Below are positions 37,483-50,400 of a DNA stretch of 64,000 nucleotides, in pieces. The stretch covers positions 1,872,422 to 1,936,421 of the forward strand of contig CM082597.2 of NCBI GenBank assembly GCA_040954595.2, given 5' to 3'. A model generated the notes under the pieces. It worked only from the letters and a program-made list of their open reading frames with translations, made no database searches and was not told where the DNA came from. The first letter of the stretch is position 1. Each line of letters starts with the position of its first letter. The translations under genes were made by a program, and so were the position numbers. This DNA comes from Balanoglossus misakiensis (Eukaryota; Animalia; Hemichordata).

Positions 37483-40400
37483 ATATATTTTAGACATACA
37501 TGTATTGTCCCGTCAAACCTGATCTACAAGTTTCATGAAGTCGAACAAATAATGTGGTCGACACAGAATACAATCGATGAATAAATCGCTCACAACATGG
37601 AACTCTCACGGTAACAGGTATTTTTTCTGTGATCGGAAATATGCGACATCGCGGACATGAACCCGATTTTAGTGACAAAAATATCCATTCAGACAAAAAC
37701 AATTAATAGAATGAAATTCAAAAGAAATACCTTTGAGAAAAGGTTAGTGACCTGGAGACTCGCAAACGACATTTTTGGGAGACCATGGGCAGGCAGAGAC
37801 AATGGAAGAGATCTATTTTTGTGTACATTTGCCTTAGGTTAGCTAGCGCTTGTATCGTCCATAGTGTTTGGGGGGATTTATCGGGTGGGGTTGCGCTTGA
37901 AGACACGGGGATCAGTAGGGCGGGGTAGGATAGGACTAAACAGATTTAAAAGTTGACTTTGGCAGAAAACTGAAGTGTCTGGGGGTCAGGAAAAAACGAT
38001 TACGGCCTAAGTCTTAGTTAGAGCACGAATTAGTGATGTTTAGCAAACAATTACAATTGTGAAGTGGCCGCTTGTAGACTATAAAATCCTAACACCATTT
38101 GTTACTGAAACGCTTTGATATAAGCCATTCTTTTTTTCATTCATTGGGACAATCTTCTTTCAGGTTTAATAGGGTGGGGTGGACTAAGCGGAGCGGTTTT
38201 TAAAATAGCCTTTAATTTGACAAGAGTATCATCCAAACGATCTACCGACCTTTTTTAATGGCCGACGCTGGCGATTCTACTGTCTGTAGTCCCGGAGAAC
38301 GGTGCAAAGGGACCGCACCAGCGGTACCGCTCAAAGACGTTCTCGACGCCGCCAAAGTTTCTACAAATTGGAAACTGAGTTCCGTTACAGTTAGCTAGCG
38401 TGCTATGTCACAGAACCGTCATTATTCGGCGGTGTTGACCAGGATTAAGGGGGATTAAGAGGATTAACTTTGAACGGAACAGTTTCTGCTGACTCTCACG
38501 CCCTCTAGCGAGAGGGTATCATAAGTCATGTCAATCGCTGAGTTTTATTAATCTTCGCGCGCTGCCGGCTCTTCAGATCTTGCCGTGATTGCTAATTTTA
38601 GCACTTCTCTTTGGTTTACGCTCTGTTTATTTATGGGCGGCGTATCAAACGTTCTGTACCTCATTTGTGACCCTCTCTGTAAACCAACACCAGTTTGTAT
38701 CCACGCATAAATTTCCAAGTTTGCACACTCCGAACAATTAGGTCCATTTATGCGAGGCGGGAAAACCCTGTCGGTCGCTCATGATGAACTGTTATTAATT
38801 TCATTGAGCTCAGTAAAAGTTACGCTTGGCGCGCCAGGCGAAACCGAAAACATTAGCCCCAAAAAACATTCGCAGTGCAAAGTTGGCTCAAGAAAGGGGT
38901 TGGGTTTTTGATAATCGTAATAATCTGACTGATTTCCTCCGGTCCTGGGACGTTTTTCGGCATGAGTAATTAAACCAAGCGACAGGAAAATTGGGCAGAC
39001 TGTACTATTTTGTATAGGTTAACGGTAATGAAGTGACAATGGCGAATGTTTATACATTTTCAATAATTAACAAGTACGGATTGGCTGAAGAGCGAATTGG
39101 TAAGATACACACTTAACTCACGATTTTTATGTCATAGATTATATTTTATACAACACCTGTAATTAATATCAAATATCAAATCAGCCGCGAACACCCTTGT
39201 CTCGGAATGGAATAGCCCAAAAACTGCTACTTTATCGTGTCTCACACTTCCACTACGGTCCGTTCGACATCCGGAGTTTTGGTTGTTCCGGCGAGTCACC
39301 GCCTCCCGCCGGGAGCACCCCAGAAGACCCTACAACGGAAACGCCTATTCAGCAAGCCTCAAAGGGGGTGCCGGCGGAGAAGCTAAGCAACCGTCAACTT
39401 GGGATTTTGTATCGAAGAAACTTCAGTCTACCGCGCGCGGGAGTTCATTCATTGAATGCTTGTAGTACAGAGAGGAAGCGAACGACAATTTGAAGCGAAC
39501 GACAATTTGAAGTGGTCAGCCTATCTTCCGGTTGTAGTAACCCAAATTTTGACCCAACGACTTTCGAAACACCACACATAACTCAGGTACAGTGCTATTA
39601 TTAATCGTATAATTGGTGCAAAATATTCTAGTCTTATCTCTCTATGTACATATTTTTCTAATCTAGCATTGCAGTGGCTAAATACCTGTTACTGAGAAAA
39701 TTACGGTACCGTGAAAGTTTCGCTTTACTAAACATGGCCAAAAGTTCGTCTGTTCGCGGTCTTGTAGAACGAAGTTTTTTCCCCTGCAAACCGACATGTG
39801 GTTGTTTTTTCGCGTCAAATATCAAAGTTTCTTTTCCCAAATTGGTGAGGGAGTATCGTTATCTATTTAATTAGCTGTAGTTTATTTACTCTCGACGACT
39901 TGGCGTCTGCGCCCGTTAAAAGATACAGTTAATCCGAGAAACCAACACTTCCAAACCAATAGAGATTACAGTTTCCGCTGTTGAGGCATTATACGGGGTT
40001 TGTATTGCTGAGCGTGGCGGATTTAACTGAGAGATTGCTTTGGCGTTGTTACAGTGAAAAGGGGGTTCTAGCTTCTACAGTTAGTCTCCGAGGGAGGAAA
40101 AGGGATACCTCGAACTTTATGTTACAGTTGTACAAAATCATCTACTACAAGAGCCCCCCCCCCCCCCCATTACAGTTGAGTTGGATCCAAGGCATTTAGA
40201 TAACGAGCCGCTGGTTTGACACGCCAAAGCAGCAGGGTACTACATAGCGAAAGCACACTTGTTGGGCCAGTCAGTCAGAACAGAGATTTGACTGAAAGAC
40301 TCGCTAAGTACTTTAATTGGCGACACGTGCACCACAGTCGCGCGCCGTGCTAATAGTCTCGTTTTTAAAGCAAAACAATAACGTCACATCTCTGTGTTAC

Positions 40401-40627
40401 GTCACCGGCAGACACAGACAGAAAGACCAAATCTAGTGTTCTTCACAAGAATCAAGGGATCGACCCCAAGGAATCACGGTATCGTCAGTGCACCAAGATT
40501 TGATGACGTTTACACGAAGACGGGGAAGGATGAATTCACCGCTCGGGTACACATTCATGCACAACCAGACAGTACCAGACCACAATATATACGTGAAGGT
40601 AAGGAGGGAGGAGAGAGAGTGATATTT

Positions 40628-40682
40628 GTGTGTGTGTGAGAGAGAGAGAGGGGGGGGGAGAGAGTGAGTGAGAGAGAGAGAG
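40628..40682. repeat. (GT)n/(GA)n/G-run purine-rich tract
   Basis: Directly visible. Confidence 0.85.
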
Positions 40683-43600
40683 CTCTATCACATCACTTGT
40701 CCCTTGTAAGAGCACACTCGTTCCTCTCGTCAACTTCTCAAACACGGCCACCGGACACATGCACATCGCGTGCTAACATGTAGCTCACGTCTCCCTCCTC
40801 CGAAAGGTCGACACCCAAAACTCCCAGACTCGGAAGCCTTCATAAATCACTCTATTAATTTTAAAGACTCTTACACAAGTCATTGCAACAAAAATTTGCG
40901 ATCGCGTGCGACGACTCTCCGAGGACCGGCGGCAGAGACTGTTTCTGTCCCAGCTGTCGATGAGAAACTGCCCCCATGCAGGGCGGGTCGCTCCCAACGA
41001 GTCCCAGAGACGGAATAAACCGAATTCATATTTCTATCACCGCGGATCTGATCTGATACGGCAGATGGAGAGACCAGCCTTGTCAAAATTATGTGGACGA
41101 GGATTAAAATGAGGCGCCCGTGCAAATCCGAGATGCACCGAGAGCGCGCCGGCTGTACCATCGTGGCGCGCGCATTCAGCGGTTGCCGGACATTTTGGCC
41201 AAGAGCGCGCGAATCGAGACGCGACACGTTGAGGTCGCGACGCCAGTGGTATTAACACTGTCGACGTCAAATATATGTCCGAATCCTAAGTTAGGAATCA
41301 GACCAAAACACATGGCATTGGCCCTAGACTCACTAAGGGGGGGGGGGGAATTGTGGGGTTTCGAGTAAAAATAATATTTGATTTGGAAATCGACTCACCA
41401 AGCCGAAAAAAACTGTGGTTTTGGTCATCCGTTTTCTTTCAGTTCGCCAAATTGTCTTCATAATCCTTCATCGAATGTGTTGAGATGCCTTTTCTAATCA
41501 ACACGCGTACATCACTATCACCTGGCTCCCTTAAGTGGAAATTCTGTTTTTCTGAAATAAAAAAATGTATAATTTATTATTTTATTTCTGACCATGCATC
41601 GATTTGTGGTGCAACTTATAATTGCGCGCTTTGTATCATGTTGTACTCAGAGAACACCAACCCAATCTCACTTCAAATACTTTCACTTTTTATGTAGTAT
41701 TTTGTGGGTCGCCAAATGGGTATGGCGCATTTTATGAGGGTCAAATCTTTTTTGGCGGCTTGGGGTGTAAGGAGCAATTCGTCCTGAAAGATCCACGAAT
41801 AATTTTTTATCGACATTTTTTTTTTCGAATTTGTACTAGTAACCGACGGGTACTGAAAAGTGGGCCAAAAAGTCAACTTATTTAACGTTAATGGGGACAT
41901 GTTAGTCGAGCCACGGTGTGAGCGTTGAGATTCTGTGGTTTTTATAAAAAAATTGGTATGTATTAGAAAGTATCGTATAGTAAACAGAGGATTGTGGGTA
42001 AGGACACCTTTCAATGGAGGCGCACGGTAACACTTCTCTTTAAAGACAGCAGTTGTAAAAAAATGAATGAAACTTGAAGCGGGGGCGATCGAAATTTCGT
42101 GTTTACTTGATTAGGGTTTGTCTTGCAAGTGTGTGTCGCAGTTTTTATTGTTTCATGTCTTCTTAGTCACCCCTCTGCTCCGGGGTCAGCTCGCCCACTC
42201 TCCCCTGTGAGCAATGACAATGGCATTTTTGCGCGCACACACGTCAAGGGCAGGTCAGTGTCGCTGCTATAGGTGTCCGCGGGGATGTTCCGATTAGCCC
42301 GCCGTCCGATCCCCGCGGCTTGACCAGGTTCGCCTCTTTGGTCTTCCTAATGCTGGAAGGTATACCCCGTCCGACTAAGCACGGAATGTTCCCTTGGATA
42401 GCGGAGAAGCGATCTGATTGATTTTCTCACGCTTAGTTTCGCATCGGCAGGCTTTTTCTTTACGTGCAACTCTCGGCGTTCTGTGGGTGGATTTTTGTGT
42501 GGTGATTGTGAACGGCGGCCGAAGGACAAGTCAGTGTGTGACATGCGCAGAAAGATACAGCCGCGAAACTTTTTCAACGCAAAGCGCAAAAAATCACTTT
42601 AGTTTTACTTGTGGGATTGCAAATCAGAAAGACGCTGGAAGTTTAAATCAGACAAAAAAATAACGCGTGTATCAACTGAGTGAAAAGGGAAAACGACCGC
42701 CGTGGAAAACCGCACGGTTTGCAACCGGCGGGGGAGCCCCACTACGCCGTCAAACGTCTGGACCACCGCCGTTGAAACGTAAAATATAGTAAACCAAGCC
42801 ACGAGTTGACTTTATCGTGGTAATTGGAGTTGTTAATTACCCTAAATGGACGTCTCGGAAAACGGGCCGCTTTGTTGGAACCGTGTCAATAAAACACCGT
42901 CTTCAATCGAGCAGCTAAGAGTCCGTGGTTATTTTCTTCTACAAACTATCAGTTTAGCAATTAATTATCTAAAGATTGAGTAAACCCCGCCAACAACGTG
43001 GATGGGCGCTTTTTCTTTTCATTTCTTCTCCAGACAATTTCCAGACAAACAGCGATATAAAGAGGAGTTAAGTGTTCAAAATAACTACTAGAGTACGGAA
43101 AATGCTGTTTTTGCTTCAATGATGCAAAGTGTCGTATTAGTACGTGATTAAATCTTTCTCCTTGAAAGAAAAGCAGACAAATTGTAACAGTTTTACTTTT
43201 AAGTGTCTCAATTAGCGATTTGGCGACTGTGTTGCAAATGGCTGGGCTAATAGTGATTGTTTTCCCTAGACTCTTTAATAGCCTGTCAAGTTTGCTACAT
43301 TGTCTTGTTTTCTGCTGTACAATGATGGCATTGAATTCAAGTCCGGACTAGAATGAACGAGTGCCTAAAAGGACTGACGTGTTTTCTTGCGTTTCGGAAT
43401 GTGAAGAGCGCCACCTAGCGTCGTACTTTGCTTGCTTCTATCAACGCGCCCGTGAAACTTTTGTCTGTTTATGCAGCGTAGTGGTGACGTTTCTTTTCAG
43501 CTCTTATTTTCCGCGACTTTTCTCCAAACGCCACATTCAAACTGCAGAACGGGGACAAATAATGCGTTTCAAAGCGGATGTAGGTCAGAGCTTGGAATGC

Positions 43601-46600
43601 GCTGCTTGAAGTACGCTGCCGTTAAAAATAGAAGTTTCACATTTAGATACTTGCATACGATGTCAGCGACCGTGCGTCCGGGCGCACCAGCCGTGTCGAC
43701 AAACGTCGGCTTGCGTTGCTGTCCCCCAAGAGAAGGGTCAAGAGAGATTCTCAAACAAACCAAAGACAATGGTGACTCAAATTAACGGCCAGACTCACTC
43801 TCGTCTTGTTTTTATCGCGATCAGTCACTCAGTCAAGTCTGTTTTCGGACTATGGCCGTCTGGGCCCAACACCCACGCTATACAGTCTACAGTGTATGCA
43901 AAAATGCGACCACAACGTCCAGCAAGGGCGATTGGTCAGAAATCTGTCCAAACCCCCTTCTTCCTCTAATGTCTATAGTGTCCAAATCTCGTCAACTCTA
44001 AACCATATCCTGTAGGGACCCATAACACAGACACACGTATACTTCTTATATTCAACCCGCTCACGCTGTACTTGACCTCAGTCGGGGAAAAATAACAATT
44101 TTACTACTACTACAACTACTGACGTCGACGAATGGGATTACATTGCTGATAACCTGTACTGACTACTGGAATTTACAATAACAATTTCTGTCCATTGAAA
44201 TATTACGTCATGGACAAGACTTTTTCCGTGAGTACATATCGTCATTCAGTTAACTTTTTCTATTTTTTCTCTCGGACACAAAAATCGTGCATTTTTGCAC
44301 TTAGTCCATGTTACTTCCTGTCTTCATTCATCTGTCAATTGAAATATCGCCAACGTATTTTCTTCAATGATTCACATTATATGACAACCGAGCGAAAACT
44401 TGGCAGCGAATCCGAAATGAACATTCATCACCGTCAACATGTACATTGTTGAACACATTGCATTTTGGGAGCTAGCCAGCCAGCAGTCCCGTCTTTGACT
44501 CACGGTCGTTCAAAAACAACCGGACTTGTGAAGGACGGTAAACAATTGTATAACAATGCGACAAATGCGCGAAACTGACCGATTATCTTTCCACTGTCGT
44601 TCCCTCAAATTTCCCTGTTCTTAGAAGTCACTTTTAAATCGTGGTATTTTTGCCTTCATATCATTTATTTAAATTTATAATGCGAGTGCGTGTGTGCGCG
44701 ACGTTATGTAAGACAGTGTAGTTTATTCATTGAACTCAAAGGGATGAACTTATTTGCAACGCTTACTCCTTTGAACTCAGTTTCATAACTTGAATAGTTA
44801 TGAAATAATTATTTTTGGACTATTTTTGAAAATTGCGGAGTCTCTAGAAATAAAAAGTATTTCAAGAGGCTTCGGAGATTTAATCACGTCTCCGACATAA
44901 ACATCATGATAATGATCTCTCTAGGAAGCTGCAAGCAAAAATGGAGACCACCCTTTTCTCTATATACACTTCATGATCGCTGATGACAAACAACACGCGT
45001 ATTCAGAACAAAGAGAGATTTAACACGACAGCAGGAAAGGCCCGAATTGTGCGTGTTCATACTACCGTTAATTTTAACCAGCCTTTAAAAACGGTAGCAC
45101 ACAGGCGAAAATGACAGCATCATAATTTACCGATAGATTTCCATTCTTCGACGTGGGGGATCAGCTTAGAAAAAACACGGAAAATTACACGGTAAAAGTG
45201 GTCTACCTCCCCGGTAGGACTCCCCGAACACAACGCGTTTTGTTGCCGCTGTCAGACACTTCCTGTCCCGGGACAACGTTCTGTTTGAAATATCTCTCAT
45301 GCCCGACGGCTGTCGATTGTCGAGAATCTTCAACTATGTAGGTAAATCTTTCAAGGGCGCGTATATTTTTAAAGACTAGAATAATTCACAAAAAAAGTCT
45401 CGTTTTAAAAGAGTATAGCTGTCTTGTAATAGCGCGAACGATAAATCGTCCTCATCCGGTCGTCAACCAGTTTTCACGTCACGCGCGTTCTGAACACGGT
45501 ATGTGGTCGTTGGGCTCATCTGCGCAACCTGGTCGGAATATTAGTAATGATTTGGTTACAAACCTTCGCACAACCTCTTGTTCTTATGACAGAATAAAAT
45601 TGTAGAGAAATGTTTGAGATTATTCCCCACAAAGCGTTAACAATTGCCATACAGCCCTAAACGAGATTGAAGGAACTTTGAAATCATCGCGTTTTGTGCA
45701 GACTACAGAACCAGATTTTTCTTCGCTGTATAAGAAAGTCTACAATCAAAAGTGTGGGATAACTGAAACTCTACGTAGACAGCCTAACTTTGGTTATAAC
45801 ACTTCCTCATATATCATTTATGTCCAGGCAAGCATATTTCGGAACTGTACGCGTTCATAGCGTTCAAATAATTCCAATGGTCTCCAGAACGCCATGAGTA
45901 TACAAGAGCCCGGATAGCTACCACAGCGTGAATGGTTGAATATCGTGTGTCGGAAACTTGTGACGAAAGCGCTTCTCTCGAGAACTTAGCTACCGGAATT
46001 TTCACAGACTTTCTTTTCGCTTTATGAGAAAAATTGCGGTTTAATTCGTACGTGGGAGTGACGATTATTGTATATGTACCGAAACAGCGCAAACGGGGAC
46101 TACTTGAATGTTCGCGTAGCGTCCGACGATGGATGCTTGCAGTCGGGCGGAGTGCCAGTGTTTTGTGTTTCTGTGAGCGTGCGCGAATCCGAAAGATGAG
46201 ACGCTTGCACGCCATCTTCAATTGCGCGAAAAGTCGACAAAATTATACCCTATTGGGTGGAGAAACTGAAAGGAGTTGGAAAGGGACGAAAAGGGAACAA
46301 ATTTCGGAGTCTACATTCTTTCTGTTCAACACGGAGGTATAGCAATTATGGCCGGTCCCTACTACATGTGCGTACGGTGTCAATATCTCGAAGTAAATAC
46401 ACCAAACGATGTAGAACTGTATGAAATATTTAAACAACAGCAAAATTCGTCAAGATTTGTCCTTACACAACATCATAAAAACAAAAATAAACCGCGGGTG
46501 GAACAGGAAATGTTATCTACCTCGCAGCCGTTCAAGTTTCGACGCTATCGACAAACACAGACCCGTGTAGTCTTCTATTATACCAATACACTCAAAAACC

Positions 46601-47078
46601 TGCAAAGGTCGATGCATACTCCTGTTTTATTTTTAGACCTATCGGTCACAAATTCTTGTCAGAGGGAAGTGCCTTTCCGTTTCTGTTTCGAGCCAGGAAA
46701 ATTAGATAAGTTAAGAAAGAAGCGAGCGTGTTTTATATTCTAGCTGATGTCTGTTGGTGTTGGTAATATTTGACTGCTCCTTGTTGACAGTTTGTTGTTA
46801 TTAGTCAGTGACACATCTATCACATTATTAATCATACATTAACATTTTTAATCATACAGTGACTGACAGTAAGTTTTAGTGTCGTTTCAGAACAAATGTT
46901 CAGTTAAATATCTGCCATCAAACAAATTTACACAAATTGAAGGAATTTGTTCAGTTTCTATTAAGGACCGTAGTTGTCAACCAGACCGATTTAAAGAAGC
47001 AAACAATTGAGCTTTTTAAAAACCTAACGATGATTATTGCATGCAATTTGGCGGGAAATATTGGTAAATTCGAGCGCC

Positions 47079-47416
47079 ATGATTGCAATATTATAACGTT
47101 TCCATTAATTTAATGAATCATAAATTTTCCGAGCAGGTGTTTTCTTGGTTGTCGTTCATCGACAGATTTCGTCACGTGATATATCCCATGGAATTTTGGC
47201 TGGATGAGCGGCGCGGACGACAATTCGTCGTTCTGTGATCGAAAAAAATGACCCGTTTTTAGGTGATTCGCTGTGAGGTCGAAATTATGTACATTTTTAA
47301 TACCAAACGACAGAATGTTGTCCACTTTGCGTACGCGATATGATTGCAATATCACGACGTGTCCATTAATTTAATGAATCATGAATTTGGCAGACAGGTG
47401 TTTTTCTTTCTCTTGT
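47079..47416. repeat. Diverged direct repeat of about 75 bp, spaced about 261 bp
   Basis: atgattgcaatat...tccattaatttaatgaatcat.aattt...caggtgtttt at about 47079 and 47340. Confidence 0.75.
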
Positions 47417-50400
47417 CGTCAACAGGGATTGTTTTCGGACAACTCATTACTCTGCTCCATTCGCAGGTGAATTCGGTATAAAATATTGATTCCCGTTTGA
47501 ATGTCTCCATTAGAATGAAAACCTCGCTGTGTGATTAGCCATACATGGCGACATCACGACAGTGCCAAACGCTTGTCGTTTGGACATTTGCAGCGGAGAC
47601 TGTAAAATTTCGACTAATTTCCGCCCGGACGTTTCATATCTGCAACTAGCGTTCACGTGTAGTGCTAGCCAGTATTCAGATGAATGAACGCCGGGTAAAA
47701 CTGGTAGCGCCAAGACCATCGAAAATCGAGGAAGGGAATCGAGATTTCACTAGCGGGGAGCGAGATTTTTTCCCCGGGGTAGTTTGTCAGTTTGCCAGGG
47801 ACAGTGTTGGAGAGTTTTCCGTGTATCGAATCCCGTTCATTTCGAAAGAGCGCGGTGTGTACATGAATAAGTTTCTGAATCAGTGTTGAGAGGATGTATG
47901 AATCGAACCTTCCAAGTTTTCATGTGTTTGATTCCTAAATATGTAAAGAAAAGACGGGACAACTTTTGAAAACTTTATAAACCTTGCGGTTTTCCTGTAC
48001 ACAGTTAGCGAAACGTTGCTGTAAATGCCTCATTCTTTAAACAATAGAGCATGAGGTCAACTGAGACCATTTCGTGGGGTTTTGACGAGTCAACAAGAAC
48101 ATGAAAAATTCCTGTACGGAACAATAGCATATTTTGAAACTTCCCGATTAATGTTCTGTAGTTATTATTTCAAAACAAGTTTGTCGTCAGTTTAATAGAC
48201 ATACAATTTTCGGCGCGAATTTATTTTCTGAGGCTGGGATGGTGCGCGTGATACAGTGGTTTGTAAATAAACGAAATAACGCGGTCCGATACGACGAAAC
48301 CGACTTTCAACTTAACATCTCATCGTACGTGAATCGTGGAACACGCTCCGGGTATTTATGAAGGTAGGGGAACGCAAGTTTATTGACTATGCAACGTCAC
48401 AAAACTGTGAGAATTTTTCGTTCAAAACATGGCCGCTCCATGGCCTCGGTTTGAGGTCAATGACTTACGATCTTTTCTGTCTGATACATGAGAATTGCTC
48501 ATAACCTGTTTTCTATGCCGTATCTATTAGAAGACAGTTTAAGTCCTCCTCATAATAAATCGGAAATGATTGAGACCATGGAAAGCCTCGCTAACAATCG
48601 ACGAACTCTTTCGTTTGCGTTGACCTTACCTAGTATTTAAACTTGGCAGCCATCTTGGATAGTTCCACAGGCTTGACTCGTCAGAGAGACCGAGCGTGTT
48701 TACATATATTTCCGGATTTTGTTAACCTTATGCCCGATAATTACAAAATTCACTACAATCGCTTGTAAAGTGAATAACATGACATTGTTTCGACGAAAGT
48801 ACATCACTAATATGGATAAATCGTCAACTATTATTTAAGCTTATACATCAGCGTTGGCCAGACTACAAATTTCGATGCAAAATCTGACTGAAATTTGAGC
48901 CGAAGACTACCATTTGACTCGGAGGCGTACATTTTTTTTTTCAAATTCATAAAATTTCTTTCGGGGTTGTAAATTTTTTGACGACATCTATCAAGAGGTG
49001 AGGTCACTCCGATCAACCCTTGTTTATGTTTGTGTCGTTCCGACATAAAACGGACAGTTTCAGGCGAATGAACTCTTCAGCGGTGACCTTTGACCTGCCA
49101 ATCCAATTGTCTCTTTTTATCGTGTGCAGGTCAAACACTTCCATATGTCAATAGAATGCCGAATTGAGGTGTTTGTCGCGTCTATGGGAATCTGAAAGCC
49201 AGCATTCCTCAGTCAATGTGTCGGTTATTTACGCTTTTTATTGAAACGCGGTAATACTAGAATGAGTTAAGCGTCGCGATCTATGTTAATTACACGGGCG
49301 CTCTAAACTAAACGTATTTGAACCGAGTTGAGTCTCCGTAATATAAACAGAGTTGAAATGCTTTGACGCGGTCAATGAACTTTTAATATAAGCTCGTTTG
49401 TCAGATACAATTCCACCCCCTGTCAAAATAGCCATGTCTTTGGTGTGTGTCAGATTTTGTAGGTCTGTAGGTGGCGCTGTTGCTTACATGTAGATGTCGT
49501 CCATTTTTTTCGGTTCGATTTTTTCACGCAGTAGTCCGGTGTTACCGGAAGCCGCGTCCGTCGTGATAAGAGACTTTAAGTGCAGCGAACATAAATCTCT
49601 CTCTAAACTAAAATATTAGAATTTTATCAATTCGGCGTGGCGCTCTGTTTTGTGATCGTCTACATGACAGAATTAGGCCAAAACTTATTTTATCAAATCA
49701 AATCAGGTCAAATCAACGTATCACTTTTGTCAATTCCTCAGGAAAGTCTAACATGTACGTAAAAACCGCAGGCTGCGTTCTAAAAAGTAAATAAAATTAT
49801 TACTAAATCATCAAAGAAAATATGCAAATCGATAATAGAACAAACGGTTTTGTTGCGTACCGCGCTATTGATCGTGACAGTCGAATCTTCGCACATACTT
49901 GACAATAAATTTAATAGTGCCCGAATAAAGCCCGCCAGTTGCCTTGTGTAAACCCTGCTAAAGAGCTAAATAGCACTCGGGTGATATTTGCATGAGAGTT
50001 GCTTCTATCGTCAGAGCGAGACTTATGATGCTGCAAAATTTTCTTGTAAATATTTTGGCAAAGCAGTCAAGCTTTTTTAGTGCCTAAATAAGAAGGGAAC
50101 TTTTACATTTATGGAGTCTTTAATTTGACGTCGAAAATGTTTAGTTATTGACTAAGTTTATAACTTTCGATTCTATTTCCTCAACAATGACGATGCAGAT
50201 AGTTCATAAATACATCGTCAAAAAGCTCTTGAATTTTACGCGATGCCTTTGAATGCAATTGAAAGCACAAATCAGTTTGTGGAGAACGGATGGAGGAGTG
50301 AGCCGTCGGCCATAAGAGCTTTTGAAGACACTTCATCCCCAGGGCTGGGGCTTTTGTTGTCGTGTCTGTTTCATTGAGCGTGCAGGCGCGCGAGTCGCTG

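Noticed and set aside
41091-41108. ATG TGG ACG AGG ATT AAA (MWTRIK), reminiscent of vertebrate MASTIK/MDGTIK first exon
   Set aside because: No GT donor follows the lysine codon. The 55177-55202 micro-exon fits better.
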